This document shows positions 30,615-32,000 of a stretch of 32,000 bases of DNA, piece after piece; position 1 is the stretch's first letter, and each line of letters begins with the position of its first letter. The notes beneath the pieces were generated by a model, which was given only the letters and a program-made list of their open reading frames with translations, was not told the origin of the DNA and did no database searches. A program made the translations under genes and the position numbers. The DNA is from Acidothermus cellulolyticus 11B (lineage in GTDB: Bacteria > Actinomycetota > Actinomycetes > Acidothermales > Acidothermaceae), in NCBI RefSeq assembly GCF_000015025.1, contig NC_008578.1, forward strand, positions 660,001 to 692,000. Direction: 5' to 3'.

Positions 30615-31144
30615 TCCGCCGCCGCGCCGTCATCGCCGGGCTGCTGGCGGCCGCCTTGGTGGTGGCTTTCGGCGGTTTTCTCCTGCTCTCCGACCCGCTC
30701 CGGGCGCTCGAGAGCCGGCTGGTGCTCGACGTCCTCCGGCCCGGGCAGCGGGTGACCCTCGTTGGTGACCACTATTTCCAGGTCCTGCCCGCCCACCACA
30801 CCCCGTTCCGGGCGCAGCTGACGCCGTTCTGCTCCTCGCTCGTACCGGTGCTCGCCCTCGCGGCGATCGCGGCGTTCGTCGTCCACGGGCACTGGGTGCG
30901 GCGCAGCGCCGCGCTGCTCACGGCGGCAACCCTCGTCGTGATCTGCAATGTGCTCCGGATCGCCGCATCGCTCTGGGTCGGCCTGCAGGTCGGTGCACGG
31001 GGATTGGTGTTGTTCCACGACTGGGTGGGCACGCTCTTCGGCCTCGGTTACACGATGATCGGGTTTTTCCTCATGCTCTACCTGCTGCTGCCGAGGGCGA
31101 CGACACGGATTCCACGAGCGGCCCGGGTCAGCGATGTCCTCTGA
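30611..31144 (+). CDS. Small (177 aa) polytopic membrane protein of the exosortase/archaeosortase family (minimal core)
   Basis: GTG 30611 overlaps the GT2 stop (GTGA); this is the terminal part of track ORF 29834..31144. Hydrophobic helices carry TPFCSSL (Cys74), ICNVLRIAAS (N-x-x-R) and LFHDWVGTLFG (His136) in the order typical of exosortase catalytic motifs. The family assignment is from memory, not from a search. Confidence 0.65.
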   Translation: MIRRRAVIAGLLAAALVVAFGGFLLLSDPLRALESRLVLDVLRPGQRVTLVGDHYFQVLPAHHTPFRAQLTPFCSSLVPVLALAAIAAFVVHGHWVRRSAALLTAATLVVICNVLRIAASLWVGLQVGARGLVLFHDWVGTLFGLGYTMIGFFLMLYLLLPRATTRIPRAARVSDVL

Positions 31145-31203
31145 GGGCGTGGCCGCTGCCCAGCCGCGGCATGCGCCCGGAGGAGAGGTAAGGAGAGTAG
31201 CCG

Positions 31204-32000
31204 ATGGTGGATAACCTGCGGCTGCTTGCCATCCTGCTCGGCGTCGTCCTCATCGCGGCCGGCATCGGCTGGCGGACCGTCCGGTTCGCGCGGATTCGGC
31301 AGGGCATCCGCAGCGGCCTTGCGGACCCCGACCCTGCAGTGCGCATCGCCGCGGTGCGGCAGGCGGCCGAGCTCGGCTTGGCCAGCACGGCTCCGGCGCT
31401 GCTCCGCGCCGTCCGCGTCGAGACCGACCCGGCGGTCCGGGCGGCGGTCGTCGAGTGTGTCGCTGCTCATCAATGGGAACCGGCGTCCACTGCGGCGATC
31501 GTCGAGTTGCGGTTGTGGGCGAAGGCGTACGTCGGCGCACGCCCGGATCTCGCGCGATCACCGGTCCGGTCGGCTCCGCTGCTCGCCGGGGTGGCGGGGA
31601 CCGTGCCGGCGCCGTCCCTGCATCCTGTCCGCGAACACGAATTCCGGCGCCGGACCGCGACCGACCTGCACGTCGACGACGCCGCCGCGCTGGGGCCGCC
31701 GCCGGACGACGATCCGCTGGCCCGACTGCGGATTCTGGTCACCGGTGTCGGCGGTGCAGCCGGCGTCGCCGTCGTCCGGGCATTGCGGGCCGCCGGGCAC
31801 ACGGTGATTGGCGTGGACGCCGATCCGGACGCTGTGGGGATCCGGCTTGCCGATCACGGCCAAGCCGTGCCGCGAGCCGACGATCCGACGTACCTGACCG
31901 CGCTGATCCACGCTGCGACGCTGTTCGACGCCGAGCTGCTCGTGCCGACCGTCACCGAAGAATTGCCCGTTCTCATTGCCGGTGCAGGGTATTTGCGTGA
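31204..32000 (+). CDS. 5' part of a gene for a membrane-anchored HEAT-repeat protein fused to an ATP-grasp-type (pre-ATP-grasp Rossmann-like) domain; 3' end outside the window
   Basis: This third + frame is not in the ORF track because it has no stop before the window end. AGGAGAG lies 7 nt before ATG 31204. The protein has MVDNLRLLAILLGVVLIAAGIGW (TM helix) and DPDPAVRIAAVRQAAELG...ETDPAVRAAVVECV (HEAT/PBS-lyase-like repeats). RILVTGVGGAAGVAVVRALRAAGHTVIGVDADPDAVGIRLADHGQAVPRADDPTYLTALIHAATLFDAELLVPTVTEELPVL resembles the N-terminal module of ATP-grasp ligases found in polysaccharide loci. Confidence 0.55.
   Translation, partial: MVDNLRLLAILLGVVLIAAGIGWRTVRFARIRQGIRSGLADPDPAVRIAAVRQAAELGLASTAPALLRAVRVETDPAVRAAVVECVAAHQWEPASTAAIVELRLWAKAYVGARPDLARSPVRSAPLLAGVAGTVPAPSLHPVREHEFRRRTATDLHVDDAAALGPPPDDDPLARLRILVTGVGGAAGVAVVRALRAAGHTVIGVDADPDAVGIRLADHGQAVPRADDPTYLTALIHAATLFDAELLVPTVTEELPVLIAGAGYLR

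Overview
High-GC, densely coding DNA that looks like an actinobacterial chromosome. (i) 1-10.3 kb, + strand: the distal part of a secreted plant-cell-wall glycoside hydrolase cluster. It holds the 3' end of one multidomain enzyme, then CBM3-GH48-Fn3-CBM2, GH74-CBM3-Fn3-CBM2 and GH12-CBM2 genes, joined internally by Pro/Ser/Thr linkers. The CBM3 and CBM2 modules are near-identical DNA cassettes re-used between genes. This architecture matches what I remember of the Acidothermus cellulolyticus cellulase cluster, but I cannot verify the organism. (ii) 10.5-13.2 kb, - strand: a membrane GAF-GGDEF diguanylate cyclase translationally coupled to a TasA/camelysin-like, linker-tethered membrane protein. 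(iii) 13.4-18.5 kb: FKBP lipoprotein, DUF488, ribokinase, cupin, a small compositionally atypical secreted protein, tRNA-Arg(CCG) and a thiolase. (iv) 18.6-28.2 kb: an orphan receiver protein followed by the conserved actinobacterial argS-lysA-hom-thrC-thrB-rho block. (v) 28.4-32.0 kb is the best candidate for an undescribed system. It has a tightly coupled PIG-L deacetylase, a processive membrane GT2 synthase and a 177-aa exosortase-like protein, followed by a membrane HEAT-repeat plus ATP-grasp-like gene that runs off the window. I saw no CRISPR array, transposase, integrase or rRNA. Gene starts are taken from ORF-track arithmetic plus N-terminal sequence logic. Coordinates of small motifs may be off by 1-2 nt because they were indexed by eye.
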